A DNA stretch of 42,933 nt, taken from contig JBDRTP010000313.1 of NCBI GenBank assembly GCA_043823965.1, forward strand, positions 1 to 42,933, written 5' to 3'. Below are positions 33,409 through 41,962 of this stretch, in pieces. A program made the position numbers and the translations under genes. How positions within the stretch are numbered: the stretch's first letter is position 1; each line of letters starts with the position of its first letter. The notes under the pieces were generated by a model. The model saw only the letters and a list, made by a program, of their open reading frames with translations, was not told the DNA's origin and did no database searches. The stretch comes from Chloroflexota bacterium (GTDB lineage: Bacteria > Chloroflexota > Anaerolineae > Anaerolineales > Villigracilaceae).

Positions 33409-33447
33409 CGAGTGAAGTTTGACGTTTGACGAGTGATGAGTGATGAG
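33406..33447. repeat. Six-unit heptamer repeat spanning a stop codon and a start codon
   Basis: TGACGAG TGAAGTT TGACGTT TGACGAG TGATGAG TGATGAG. The first unit holds the lipoprotein stop (33406-33408) and the last units hold the mtaB GTG/ATG (33440/33443). Confidence 0.9.
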
Positions 33448-34789
33448 AATTTTCCTCGACTCCATCGGCTGCCGCCTCAATCAGGCTGAAATCGAAAGCA
33501 TGGCGCGCCAGTTTCGCGCTGCCGGGCACACGATCGTCGCCACAGCAGATGAAGCCGATCTGGCGGTGATCAATACCTGCACGGTGACCTCGCAGGCCGC
33601 CTCCGATTCGCGCGGCAAGATCCGCCAGGCGGCGCGCCTGGGTGCGGAAGGTATCCTGGTCACCGGTTGCTGGGCTACACTCGAACCGCAGGCCGCCGCA
33701 GCGCTGCCCGGCGTCTGCCGCGTCGTGCCGAATGACCGCAAAGATTCCCTCGTCGCCGACATCCTCAACCTGCAACCTTCAACCCTTCGTGCTGAGCCTC
33801 AGGGCGAAGCCTTTGACCTGGAACCTTTGACCCGTGTCCCGCTGCCCGGCCTGCGCCAGCGGACGCGGGCTTTTATCAAGGTGCAGGATGGCTGCGATAA
33901 TCACTGCACCTTCTGCATCACAGCCATCGCGCGTGGGGCAGGGCGTTCGCGACCTATCCCCGATGTGCTGGCCGACATCCGCGCCGCACTGGCGGGCGGG
34001 ACTAAAGAAATCGTGCTGACCGGCGTCCACCTGGGATCCTGGGGACAGGACCTTTCGACTTACCCTTCGGGCACGATGTCGCTCGGGGCAGGCCTCGGCC
34101 TGTGCCTGCGCGATCTGGTCAAAACAATTTTGAATGAAACGGACGCGCCGCGCCTGCGCCTCTCCTCGCTCGAACCCTGGGACCTCGACGCCGATTTCTT
34201 CGCCCTCTGGCAGGATTCCCGCCTCTGCCGCCACCTGCACCTGCCGCTCCAATCCGGCTGCGCTGGCGTTTTGCGGCGCATGGCGCGCAAGACGACACCC
34301 TCATCCTACGCCGCGTTGCTCGCCGCGGCGCGGGCGGCGATCCCGGATGTAGCCATCACAACGGATGTCATCGCCGGCTTCCCCGGCGAGAGCGGGGAGG
34401 AGTTCGCCGAAAGCCTGGAATTCGTCCGCTCGATGAACTTTTCTGGCGGGCATGTCTTCACCTATTCGGCGCGTCCCGGCACGGTGGCTGCGCGCATGAA
34501 AAGGCAGGTGCGGCACGAGGCGCGGAGGGAACGCAATGCCATTCTGCGGGCGGTGTTTGAAGAGATGGCCCTGGCGTATCGCCAGTGTTTTGTCGGCCAG
34601 ACGCTGCCCGTGCTGTGGGAGTCCACTTCTCGATATGGAGAGAACGGATTGATGGTGGAAGGCCTGACGGATAACTATCTGCGTGTCCGGGCCTATGCTC
34701 CCGAGCCGCGCTGGAACCAGGTGGATGCGGTCTGTCTGACCGGTTTGCAGGATGAAGGAATGACAGGGAAGTTGATAAATACGGTATAA
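33443..34789 (+). CDS. mtaB: Radical-SAM methylthiotransferase, MtaB-like
   Basis: UPF0004 N-domain (GCRLNQAE, INTCTVT), radical-SAM CDNHCTFC, and a TRAM-like C-terminus. Confidence 0.8.
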   Translation: MRIFLDSIGCRLNQAEIESMARQFRAAGHTIVATADEADLAVINTCTVTSQAASDSRGKIRQAARLGAEGILVTGCWATLEPQAAAALPGVCRVVPNDRKDSLVADILNLQPSTLRAEPQGEAFDLEPLTRVPLPGLRQRTRAFIKVQDGCDNHCTFCITAIARGAGRSRPIPDVLADIRAALAGGTKEIVLTGVHLGSWGQDLSTYPSGTMSLGAGLGLCLRDLVKTILNETDAPRLRLSSLEPWDLDADFFALWQDSRLCRHLHLPLQSGCAGVLRRMARKTTPSSYAALLAAARAAIPDVAITTDVIAGFPGESGEEFAESLEFVRSMNFSGGHVFTYSARPGTVAARMKRQVRHEARRERNAILRAVFEEMALAYRQCFVGQTLPVLWESTSRYGENGLMVEGLTDNYLRVRAYAPEPRWNQVDAVCLTGLQDEGMTGKLINTV

Positions 34790-34842
34790 TTATCTTGTAA
34801 GTAGTTTCGCTTCAAACCTAAACAGACAAAAAGGAGAATAGT

Positions 34843-35010
34843 ATGGACAACAAGGTCGTCAAGATTATCATCGCTCTTTTCATCCCGCCGCTGGCCGTTT
34901 ACCTGCACGAGGGCAAGGTCACCAAGAATTTCTGGATAAACATTGTGTTATGGTTCCTGCTGTTTGGCATTGGCGGGATTATCCACGCGCTGTACATCGT
35001 TTTGAAGTAA
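34843..35010 (+). CDS. YqaE/Pmp3-family small membrane proteolipid (55 aa; below the ORF-track cutoff)
   Basis: AAGGAGA precedes the ATG at 34843. MDNKVVKIIIALFIPPLAVYLHEGKVTKNFWINIVLWFLLFGIGGIIHALYIVLK matches the UPF0057 pattern (PPLAV...INI.L..LG..PG.IHA). Confidence 0.75.
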   Translation: MDNKVVKIIIALFIPPLAVYLHEGKVTKNFWINIVLWFLLFGIGGIIHALYIVLK

Positions 35011-35035
35011 TCGGCTGTAAAACTTGACTAGTCGA

Positions 35036-35070
35036 CTCGGGCGGACAGATGGTTCGCCCGAGTATTTATT
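35036..35070 (+). terminator. Intrinsic terminator after the Pmp3-like gene
   Basis: CTCGGGCG (35036-35043) pairs with CGCCCGAG (35055-35062), followed by TATTTATT. Confidence 0.65.
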
Positions 35071-35187
35071 AAATAACCAGAAAGAGTTTGGTAACATGCT
35101 GCCATCTTGGAACTGACCCTCTTTCACAATATGGAAATTTGGGTATATTTTTGTGCCAAGTGTCACTATCGGGAAGGGCTGTGCACT

Positions 35188-35195
35188 TGTATAAT
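35188..35195 (+). promoter_or_regulatory. Extended -10 box TGTATAAT upstream of folD
   Basis: TGTATAAT lies 37 nt before the folD ATG; GGAGGAG is at 35223-35229. Confidence 0.5.
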
Positions 35196-35231
35196 GGGAT
35201 AACCATAAAAAAAAATCATACGGAGGAGACA

Positions 35232-36110
35232 ATGACTGCTCAATTAATTGACGGAAAACTGATTGCCCAGCAAGTACGCGATAACGTCGCGGCCGAAGTG
35301 GCCAAGCGCACGGCGGCTGGCAAACCCAGGCCCGGCCTGGCGACGGTGCTGGTCGGCGACCGCGTCGACTCGGCTACCTACGTGGCCTCCAAGCAAAAGG
35401 CCTGCCAGGAATTGGGCATGGATTCGTTCCACAACCAACTGCCCGGCGATGCCACGCAGGAGCAGGTCGAGGATTTGGTGAAACGCTTGAATGCCGACCC
35501 GAAGGTCAACGGCATACTGGTGCAGTTGCCCCTGCCCTCGCACCTGAATGAGGAGCGCGTCCTGCAATTGATCAACATCGAAAAAGACGTGGATGGCTTC
35601 TCGCCGATCAACATTGGGCGATTAGCGCAGAAGGGCCGCGAGCCGCTCTTCGTGCCATGCACGCCCTACGGCTGCATCTACCTGCTCGAGCAGGCAGGTG
35701 TGCAAATCGAGGGGGCGAACGCGGTGGTGCTGGGCCGCTCGAACATCGTCGGCATGCCGGCTGCACTGCTGCTGATTGGCAAGAATGCCACCGTGACGGT
35801 TTGCCACTCACGCACCAAGGACCTGCCCGGCGTCGTCCGCCAGGCGGATATTCTCATCGCCGCCATCGGCAAAATGGAAATGGTGCGCGGCGACTGGATC
35901 AAGCCCGGCGCGGCGGTGATCGACGTGGGCATCAACTCCAAGCCCGACCCGACCAAGAAAAGCGGCTACCGCCTGGTCGGCGATGTAAACTTCGACGAAG
36001 TTAAGGAAGTGGCCGGCTTCATTACCCCCGTCCCCGGCGGCGTCGGCCCGATGACGATCGCTATGTTGATGAGGAATACGCTGCGGGCGGCGCAGATACA
36101 GAACCCGTAG
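35232..36110 (+). CDS. folD: Bifunctional methylenetetrahydrofolate dehydrogenase/cyclohydrolase FolD
   Basis: LIDGK..A, GLATVLVGD..DS..YV..K.K, GILVQLPLP, VDGF, CTP.G, VVLGRSNIVG.P, PVPGGVGPMT. Confidence 0.95.
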   Translation: MTAQLIDGKLIAQQVRDNVAAEVAKRTAAGKPRPGLATVLVGDRVDSATYVASKQKACQELGMDSFHNQLPGDATQEQVEDLVKRLNADPKVNGILVQLPLPSHLNEERVLQLINIEKDVDGFSPINIGRLAQKGREPLFVPCTPYGCIYLLEQAGVQIEGANAVVLGRSNIVGMPAALLLIGKNATVTVCHSRTKDLPGVVRQADILIAAIGKMEMVRGDWIKPGAAVIDVGINSKPDPTKKSGYRLVGDVNFDEVKEVAGFITPVPGGVGPMTIAMLMRNTLRAAQIQNP

Positions 36111-36159
36111 TGATCAGTGATCAGTGTTCAGTATTCAGTTACCAGTAGCCAGTGAGCAG
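36111..36159. repeat. Seven-unit heptamer (TNNNCAG) tandem repeat, intergenic
   Basis: TGATCAG TGATCAG TGTTCAG TATTCAG TTACCAG TAGCCAG TGAGCAG, starting directly after the folD stop. Confidence 0.9.
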
Positions 36160-36187
36160 TCCCGTCGCGAGGCGGGACTGTCTGTTT
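36157..36187 (+). terminator. Intrinsic terminator after folD
   Basis: CAGTCCCG...CGGGACTG stem followed by TCTGTTT. Confidence 0.65.
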
Positions 36188-36309
36188 AATGGCTATTTAC
36201 CCCTTGACATATTGTCAATTTACCACTAGTATTAACTTGATAATATACACAAATTGGTTATATATGCTCCAGGCGCTAGACAGGATTTCTCTGTCGGAAA
36301 GGATGTCTT

Positions 36310-36678
36310 GTGGTTGACCAAACTGCGCTGACCAAAAAACTGCAAAAGGAGATGAACTCGGGCATTGCCTCGCTGGTGCTGTTGAGCGTTCTCGGCCAGG
36401 CGAAAGAGCCGATGTATGGCTATCAGATCGCCAAGCTGCTCAATGATAAAAGCGGGAATACATCTCTAATGAAGCAAGGCGCGCTCTACCCAGTGCTGCG
36501 CTCGCTCGCAAGCAGCGGACTGCTCGAAAGCCAGGTGGAACCCTCCGTCTCCGGGCCGCCGCGGCGTTATTACACCATCACCGCCGCCGGGCGGGAAACG
36601 CTTGAAATCTGGACCGAAGTCTGGAATCAGACCAAATCCTTCGTTGAAAATATCCTGAAAGGAACCGGGAATGTATAA
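36310..36678 (+). CDS. PadR-family transcriptional regulator
   Basis: LVLLSVLGQAKEPMYGYQIAKLL...GALYPVLRSLASSGLLES...RRYYTIT..G is the PadR winged-helix signature. Confidence 0.85.
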   Translation: MVDQTALTKKLQKEMNSGIASLVLLSVLGQAKEPMYGYQIAKLLNDKSGNTSLMKQGALYPVLRSLASSGLLESQVEPSVSGPPRRYYTITAAGRETLEIWTEVWNQTKSFVENILKGTGNV

Positions 36679-37561
36679 AACCGTTGAAGATTATCTGGCC
36701 GACTTGAAACAAGAACTGGCCGGCAGCGACCAGGCCACAATTCAGGACGCGCTCTCGGATGCCGAGGAGCATCTTCGCATGGCCGTTGCGTCTTTGCGTG
36801 AGGACAAGCCCGATCTGGCCGAAGAAACCGCGCTGCAAACCGCCATTGACCAATACGGCTCGCCCGCCGAGACCGCCGCGGCCTACGCAGAAGTCGAACG
36901 GCGAACCGCGCCCGGCCTCTCGTCTGGTGTGAACCGCAAATCGCGTTCGTTCCTGGGTCGCTTCTTTGGTGTCTATGCCCACACGCGCGCCTGGGGCGCC
37001 ATCCTTTACATGCTGATCGCCCTCGTCACGGGCAGCCTGTACTTCACCTGGGCTGTAATGGGACTTTCGTTTTCCGTCTCGTTCTCCATCTTCATCTTCG
37101 GCCTGCCGTTCGCGTTGCTGTTCCTGCTCTCGGTACGTGGGCTGGCCCTGCTGGAAGGCCGCATTGTCGAAGCCCTGCTCGGCGTGCGCATGCCGCGCCG
37201 TCCGCTGTTTGCGCCGCGTGGCCTGAAGTGGTTGGAACGGCTCAAAATGCAACTGCTGGATAAGTACACTTGGCTGGCATTGATCTACATGCTCCTGCAG
37301 ATGCCGCTCGGCACGCTCTACTTCAGCCTGCTGACCACGCTGTTCGTATTCTCCCTAAGCCTGATCGCCATGCCGTTTGCCCAGTTGCTCCTCCAAATCC
37401 CCCCGATTCAAACCTCGAGTACGATGATTTTCCTTCCGTTTTGGGCGCTCATCCTGATTGGACTGGCAGGCATCCTGACTGCTACCCTGACCATGCACCT
37501 GGCACGTGGGATTGGCTGGCTGCACGGACGCTACGCCAAGTTCATGCTGGTGACCGAATAA
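36671..37561 (+). CDS. PadR-associated membrane protein (DUF1700/HAAS-like N-terminus plus a multi-TM region)
   Basis: The N-terminus YLADLKQELAGSDQATIQDALSDAEEHL is DUF1700-like, about six TM segments follow, and the gene overlaps padR by 8 nt. Confidence 0.6.
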   Translation: MYKTVEDYLADLKQELAGSDQATIQDALSDAEEHLRMAVASLREDKPDLAEETALQTAIDQYGSPAETAAAYAEVERRTAPGLSSGVNRKSRSFLGRFFGVYAHTRAWGAILYMLIALVTGSLYFTWAVMGLSFSVSFSIFIFGLPFALLFLLSVRGLALLEGRIVEALLGVRMPRRPLFAPRGLKWLERLKMQLLDKYTWLALIYMLLQMPLGTLYFSLLTTLFVFSLSLIAMPFAQLLLQIPPIQTSSTMIFLPFWALILIGLAGILTATLTMHLARGIGWLHGRYAKFMLVTE

Positions 37562-37566
37562 ACGAA

Positions 37567-37596
37567 AGTCCCGCCGAGAGGCGGGACTGTTCTTTG
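37567..37596. terminator. Bidirectional terminator between convergent genes
   Basis: AGTCCCGCC-gaga-GGCGGGACT with T-rich flanks on both strands. Confidence 0.7.
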
Positions 37597-37600
37597 GCGG

Positions 37601-38827
37601 CTACCTATGCCACAGGTGAGCAGCGGGCCGGCGGTGCGGCTCGCGGTGCATTGGTTTGGGGCCGCGCGGCGCGGGGACGTGGCTTGGGGCGACAATTGGC
37701 GCAGGGGCAGTGTAATCAAAATCGGACAGGGTTTGGCGGGACAGGACCTGCTTCATGATTTTTTCGATGTTGCGGATCACGTCTGTGTCTTCGGGGGTGA
37801 CGAGGGTGAAGGCGTCGCCGCTGCGTTCGGCGCGCCCGGTGCGCCCGATGCGGTTGATGTAGGCGTCGGCGGTGTCGGGCATGTCGAAATTGATGACGTG
37901 CGAGATACTCTCCACGTCCAGCCCGCGCGCGGCGATGTCGGTGGCCACCATGATCTGATAATGTCCACTCTTGAATCCGCCGAGCGCCGACTGGCGCTGA
38001 CCCTGCGTGCGGTCGCTGTGCAGGCTGGTGACCTTGTAGCCTTCGCGTCCGATCTGCTGCGCCAGCCGGTGGGCGCGGTGACGGGTGCGGGTGAAGATCA
38101 GCACCGAGTCGGTATCGGTCTGCTTGAGCAGTTTCAGCAGGAGGCGGGTCTTGAGATGTCTCGGGACCGGGAACAGGGCGTGCGCCACGGTGTGCGCCGG
38201 GCGGCTGAGGCCGATCGCTATTCTTTGCGGGTGGTGGAGCGTCTGGTCGGCGAGTTGCTCGATCTCGGGCGGGAAGGTGGCCGAGAAAAGCATCGTCTGG
38301 CGTTTGGCCGGGATGTGCTTGAGGATGCGCTTCACGTCTGGAAGGAAGCCCATGTCGAGCATGCGGTCGGCCTCGTCTAGGATAAGGATCTCGATGCCCT
38401 CCAGGCGGACATTGCCCTGGGCGAGATGGTCGAGCAGGCGTCCCGGACAGGCGACCAGGATCTCGACCCCGCTGCGCAGCGCGTGGACCTGGGGCGCCGC
38501 GCCGACGCCGCCGTAGATGGTCGCGCTGCGGATTTTGGTGCCCGTCCCGAGGTCGCGTATGACCTCGTGGATCTGCTCGGCGAGTTCGCGCGTCGGGGTG
38601 ACGATCAAGGCGCGGGCGCGATTGCGCGGTCCGTTCAGCAGTTTGTGTAAAATAGGCAGGATGAAGGCGGCGGTCTTGCCGGTGCCGGTCTGCGCCGTGC
38701 CGATCAGGTCATGCCCGGCCAGCGCGGCCGGGATGGCCTGGACTTGAATGGGCGTCGGGATTTCGTACCCGGCGCGTTGGATGCCCGCCAGCAGGCGGGA
38801 ATCCAGATCGAACTGGTTGAAGTTCAC
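37601..38827 (-). CDS. DEAD-box ATP-dependent RNA helicase (RhlE-like)
   Basis: Q-motif region F..L.L...L..GI...GY..PTPIQ, AQTGTGKT, PTRELA, DEAD, SAT, HRAGRTGR-type RIGRTGRA. Confidence 0.95.
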   Translation of the reverse strand: MNFNQFDLDSRLLAGIQRAGYEIPTPIQVQAIPAALAGHDLIGTAQTGTGKTAAFILPILHKLLNGPRNRARALIVTPTRELAEQIHEVIRDLGTGTKIRSATIYGGVGAAPQVHALRSGVEILVACPGRLLDHLAQGNVRLEGIEILILDEADRMLDMGFLPDVKRILKHIPAKRQTMLFSATFPPEIEQLADQTLHHPQRIAIGLSRPAHTVAHALFPVPRHLKTRLLLKLLKQTDTDSVLIFTRTRHRAHRLAQQIGREGYKVTSLHSDRTQGQRQSALGGFKSGHYQIMVATDIAARGLDVESISHVINFDMPDTADAYINRIGRTGRAERSGDAFTLVTPEDTDVIRNIEKIMKQVLSRQTLSDFDYTAPAPIVAPSHVPAPRGPKPMHREPHRRPAAHLWHR

Positions 38828-38980
38828 GATGGTTCCTGTTCTTCAGAAGTCAAGCGGGTTTCAGGGGGATCGAGCGGAGGCTCAAGCGGGACTGCAACAG
38901 CGACTGCTGAAATGATTGATGAAGATGAATAGGGCAGTAAGATACTCGATAGCGGGGGGGATGTCAAGGGGCGGTTGGAA

Positions 38981-39005
38981 ATAAAAACCCCGCCGTGAGG
39001 CGGGG
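38981..39005 (-). terminator. Intrinsic terminator of the RRM gene
   Basis: On the minus strand, CCCCGCC-tcac-GGCGGGG followed by TTTTTAT. Confidence 0.7.
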
Positions 39006-39024
39006 TGGATCGGTCATTCCTTGC

Positions 39025-39303
39025 TCAATGGCTTGCGACCGGCTTGCCGCGCTCTTCCCTCGGTTTTGCCACATTGACCTTCAACTCGCGATCGGCCAAA
39101 GAATAAGCATTGAACATGCTGATCGCCTTCTCGGCTTCGCTTTGCTCACTCATCGTGATAAAGGCAAAGCCCTTGGACTCGCCGGTGATCCGGTCTTTAA
39201 TCACCTCAACCAGGGAAACTGCTCCGGCTTGCAAAAACAAGGTTTTCAGTTCGTCCTCAGTGGTTGACTTGGCCAGGTTTCCTACATATAACTTTACGTC
39301 CAT
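39025..39303 (-). CDS. RRM-type RNA-binding protein
   Basis: Start at 39303 (MDVKLYVGNL). RNP2 LYVGNL and RNP1 KGFAFITM. Confidence 0.9.
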   Translation of the reverse strand: MDVKLYVGNLAKSTTEDELKTLFLQAGAVSLVEVIKDRITGESKGFAFITMSEQSEAEKAISMFNAYSLADRELKVNVAKPREERGKPVASH

Positions 39304-39419
39304 TTTTAACTCTGCTCTCTCCGGCATTACCGGCAAAAGAAATGCCGCCAGCCCCATAACAGGGTCGGCGGCCAATACACCACACAAAACCAGTTATTCA
39401 ATTTTCAACTGTTACGCAT

Positions 39420-39428
39420 AGTATACCA
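39420..39428 (-). promoter_or_regulatory. Candidate extended -10 box (TGGTATACT) for the RRM gene, implying a ~110-nt leader
   Basis: The reverse complement of AGTATACCA at 39420-39428. Confidence 0.35.
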
Positions 39429-39467
39429 CAGTTCAAACCATCAAAGAAAAGCCAGTCCGAACAACAA

Positions 39468-39582
39468 CCCCCGCCGTAGACTCACCCCACAGTTGTGCTT
39501 CGCCCCTCGCGCGGACCCGCACCCCCGCCCTCCAGCGGACACAATCCCCCTCGTCGTGGACTCGTCTCACAGGCGTGCTTCG
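39468..39582. repeat. GC-rich P-family repeat, copy 1 (with internal sub-repeats)
   Basis: The core GGACCCGCACCCCCGCCCTCCAGCGGACACAATCCCC (39513-39549) matches 40776-40812 with 1 mismatch. The sub-repeat CCCCCGCCG.GGACTC....CAC.....GTGCTTC occurs at 39468-39501 and 39546-39581. Confidence 0.85.
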
Positions 39583-39626
39583 AGAAGGCCACGGATTAGA
39601 CGGCTTCAGTCGTCGGATTGGGTGAA

Positions 39627-39653
39627 TGAAAAATCCCGCCGTCAGGGCGGGAT
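39627..39653 (-). terminator. Intrinsic terminator of the hicAB operon
   Basis: On the minus strand, ATCCCGCC-ctgac-GGCGGGAT followed by TTTTTC. Confidence 0.7.
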
Positions 39654-39674
39654 TGAGAATTGACAGGTTTTTAG

Positions 39675-40025
39675 CTAGCTCGCAGGAACGTAAACATTTC
39701 TATGTGGGTTTGAGATTATTGTGTTTCTCTCAGCACGGTTACTCACAGTAAAAGTTTTGCTGATAGAAGTGCTCGTTGTCGCCAACTCTGCTGGGGCAGG
39801 CACAGACAAGCCATCTTGAAGGAGGCTTTCAACAAAATCAACCACCGCCAGACGCAAATCCTTTACAGCGGCTTCTGGCGTTTCGCCTTGGCCAAAACAG
39901 CCATCCAATTCCAGCACGTGTGCAAGATAAATTGGCTGGTCATCGGTAGTTTCATCGCGCGTTACTTTGATGAAATAGGGACGACTTGCCAGTTCTTGCG
40001 CCTGCTTGTTTAGTGTATCACTCAT
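39675..40025 (-). CDS. hicB: HicB-family antitoxin
   Basis: PIYLAHVLELDGCFGQGETPEAAVKDLRLAVVDFVESLLQDG is the HicB/UPF0150 core. A 4-nt overlap with hicA. Confidence 0.8.
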   Translation of the reverse strand: MSDTLNKQAQELASRPYFIKVTRDETTDDQPIYLAHVLELDGCFGQGETPEAAVKDLRLAVVDFVESLLQDGLSVPAPAELATTSTSISKTFTVSNRAERNTIISNPHRNVYVPAS

Positions 40026-40282
40026 GATCTGCCTTCTTTCTGTAATTCTAAAATCCTGTCTATTAATTTTACCGCAAATTCAACATATCCTTTGGCGAGT
40101 TCCCGATGTCTCGGTAATGTTGTGCGCAGTTCTGGATAATTTGGATGTTTCACAATATCATGGTTGCCGCCATGTGTAATGACAAACCCAAAACCTTCAT
40201 AAAGCTTATCAAGGTCAGCTCTTTTCCAATTGGACTTTGACCTGCGCATTTGTTCCAAGAGCTTCTCTGCTTTGGAGGGCAT
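40022..40282 (-). CDS. hicA: HicA-family mRNA interferase toxin
   Basis: 86 aa. W..ADLDKLYEGFGFVITHGGNHDIVKHP is YcfA/HicA-like (conserved G..GSH-type region). Confidence 0.75.
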   Translation of the reverse strand: MPSKAEKLLEQMRRSKSNWKRADLDKLYEGFGFVITHGGNHDIVKHPNYPELRTTLPRHRELAKGYVEFAVKLIDRILELQKEGRS

Positions 40283-40286
40283 GACG

Positions 40287-40703
40287 TTACTCTTGAGCAG
40301 AAATTGGTGCTTCGAGTTTGTTAGCGTAAAGGGTCAAATCCCCTTTGTGGTCTTTATCAACTAGAATGACAAATTGATAAATACCTGGCTTTGGAAAAAC
40401 GACATCCTTTAGGTCGAGAATGATGTTAACCTCAGGCTTTCTGCCTTTTTCGCCCTTAGGCACTTCAAATTGCCCTGAAATGTCCATGATGGAATTACCA
40501 TCGGCATCCAGTAGTTTGACCGTGAAATCTCGGATTTGCCCATACTCGCCGAGCTCTGCGCCGAGTTTGGCAACCAAGTGCATGGACGGATGCCTGGCTG
40601 GGAAACTGAACGCGTTAATATCGTTGAATATCCCCATCACATTCAGTTTTCCATCGCCAGTGATGTTTGCATAATCAGCGGCTAAAAGAAGCAGTTGTTT
40701 CAT
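40287..40703 (-). CDS. Hypothetical protein, first gene of the hicAB operon
   Basis: 138-aa ORF preceded by GGAGG and a TATAAT (reverse complement of 40741-40746). It ends 4 nt before the hicA start. The N-terminus LLLAADYANITGDGKLNVMGIF recalls an uncharacterised family (possibly DUF6941; uncertain). Confidence 0.55.
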   Translation of the reverse strand: MKQLLLLAADYANITGDGKLNVMGIFNDINAFSFPARHPSMHLVAKLGAELGEYGQIRDFTVKLLDADGNSIMDISGQFEVPKGEKGRKPEVNIILDLKDVVFPKPGIYQFVILVDKDHKGDLTLYANKLEAPISAQE

Positions 40704-40763
40704 AAATCATTCCTCCGTTTATGCCTTCATGGGCAAATCTATTATAGCAGGTTCTCGTTTGCT

Positions 40764-40841
40764 CCCCCCGCCGTGGACCCGCACCCCCGCCATCCAGCGG
40801 ACACAATCCCCCCGCCGCGGACTCGCACCACGCGTGCTTCA
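40764..40841. repeat. GC-rich P-family repeat, copy 2
   Basis: CCCCCCGCCGTGGACCCGCACCCCCGCCATCCAGCGGACACAATCCCCCCGCCGCGGACTCGCACCACGCGTGCTTC. Confidence 0.85.
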
Positions 40842-40854
40842 GCCGTCTTCGTAA

Positions 40855-40883
40855 AATAGAAAAACCCCGCTGTGAGGCGGGAT
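40855..40883 (-). terminator. Probable terminator of the three-gene operon
   Basis: On the minus strand, CCCGC-ctcaca-GCGGG followed by GTTTTTCTATTTT. Confidence 0.5.
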
Positions 40884-40909
40884 TTTGTAAACATCAATTT
40901 TAGCGAAAA

Positions 40910-41305
40910 CTAATGACTATGTGCTATTTCATCAAGGTATTGGAAGATAATCTTTGCCATGCTAATTGCATAGGTAGCGATGTTTTCAGGTTTTTGTTTT
41001 AACAGATCGTCGTAATCAACTTGCCGACGAAAATCATAAAGACGATCTAATTGGGTGGCAATCTTTCTTCTCCTCTGGTCTACAGGCGCAGAGTTACGGA
41101 AATATTCTCTAATTTTTCTATGATCGTCACCCGTAAAAGTTGGGCTAAACTTCTCGGCTCTTCCAAACTGAAAGGCTACTTGAAAGGCAGCATAATATGC
41201 CCGACTCGTTGCCGCACGAAGTGCAGCCTCTGTAGGGCCAGGCATATTTGGATTTGCTGAAAGTCCTTCAGCAAGTGTCAGGTAGTCTTTCCAGTTAAAA
41301 CTCAT
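40910..41305 (-). CDS. HEPN-like small protein (third gene of an AT-rich operon)
   Basis: 131 aa. W.DYLTLAEGL...ALRAATSRAYYAAFQ and LDRLYDFRRQVDYDD resemble a minimal HEPN domain with an R-x4-Y/H-type motif. Eye-level similarity only. Confidence 0.5.
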   Translation of the reverse strand: MSFNWKDYLTLAEGLSANPNMPGPTEAALRAATSRAYYAAFQVAFQFGRAEKFSPTFTGDDHRKIREYFRNSAPVDQRRRKIATQLDRLYDFRRQVDYDDLLKQKPENIATYAISMAKIIFQYLDEIAHSH

Positions 41306-41949
41306 ACAGATTCAAGACTGAAGTTTAATAAATCTCCGACCCAATTAACTTGCTTTAGAAACCACGCCTCGTCGAAAGCATCAAGGGAGGCCAATGCCTC
41401 CGATGGAGATAGTTTAGTCGAAACATAAGCAAAAAGCTTTTTAGAATTTGAACTTTCTAAATCTGAAACTAATTCCATCGCAATTTCTGTCGCACCAAAG
41501 AAATTTTCAAGCACTTCTTTGGCCTCAAAAAGTAGTTGCATCAAGTTAGGATGCTTTACTAGAAATGCTTTCACTTCAAGCGCGTTCCTCAATGTATACA
41601 TTGTTTCAACTCTCGCAATTTTTGCGCTTTGAATTACCTCACGCATAAATTTATCTTGCTCTAGTGGATTGCCATGTGGTTCTTGGTATCGGTGAACCCA
41701 ATTCCTTATCCAATGAACATGAATCCATTCATCAAGATTCCCCCAAGTTAAAGTGTCTTTGCCCTTCCAGCGATATGCAAATGTTTGGTGATAAGTCTCA
41801 TTCCAAACAGAAGCACCTAAGACATCCACAATCTTATTTTCTATATTTGATAGGCCAGTTGCCTGCTTTGGAATCGAAAAGTCTGCCCCAATATTTTGTC
41901 TGAAGACGTCCCATCCGGTGAATTGTGTAGAGAGGTTAGGATTTAGCAT
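41302..41949 (-). CDS. Hypothetical protein (second gene of the operon)
   Basis: 215-aa ORF whose stop overlaps the HEPN-like gene start (ATGA). Trp-rich N-half, and an acidic helical C-half ending DAFDEAWFLKQ. I recognise no family. Confidence 0.55.
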   Translation of the reverse strand: MLNPNLSTQFTGWDVFRQNIGADFSIPKQATGLSNIENKIVDVLGASVWNETYHQTFAYRWKGKDTLTWGNLDEWIHVHWIRNWVHRYQEPHGNPLEQDKFMREVIQSAKIARVETMYTLRNALEVKAFLVKHPNLMQLLFEAKEVLENFFGATEIAMELVSDLESSNSKKLFAYVSTKLSPSEALASLDAFDEAWFLKQVNWVGDLLNFSLESV

Positions 41950-41962
41950 GGCACTCGTATGG

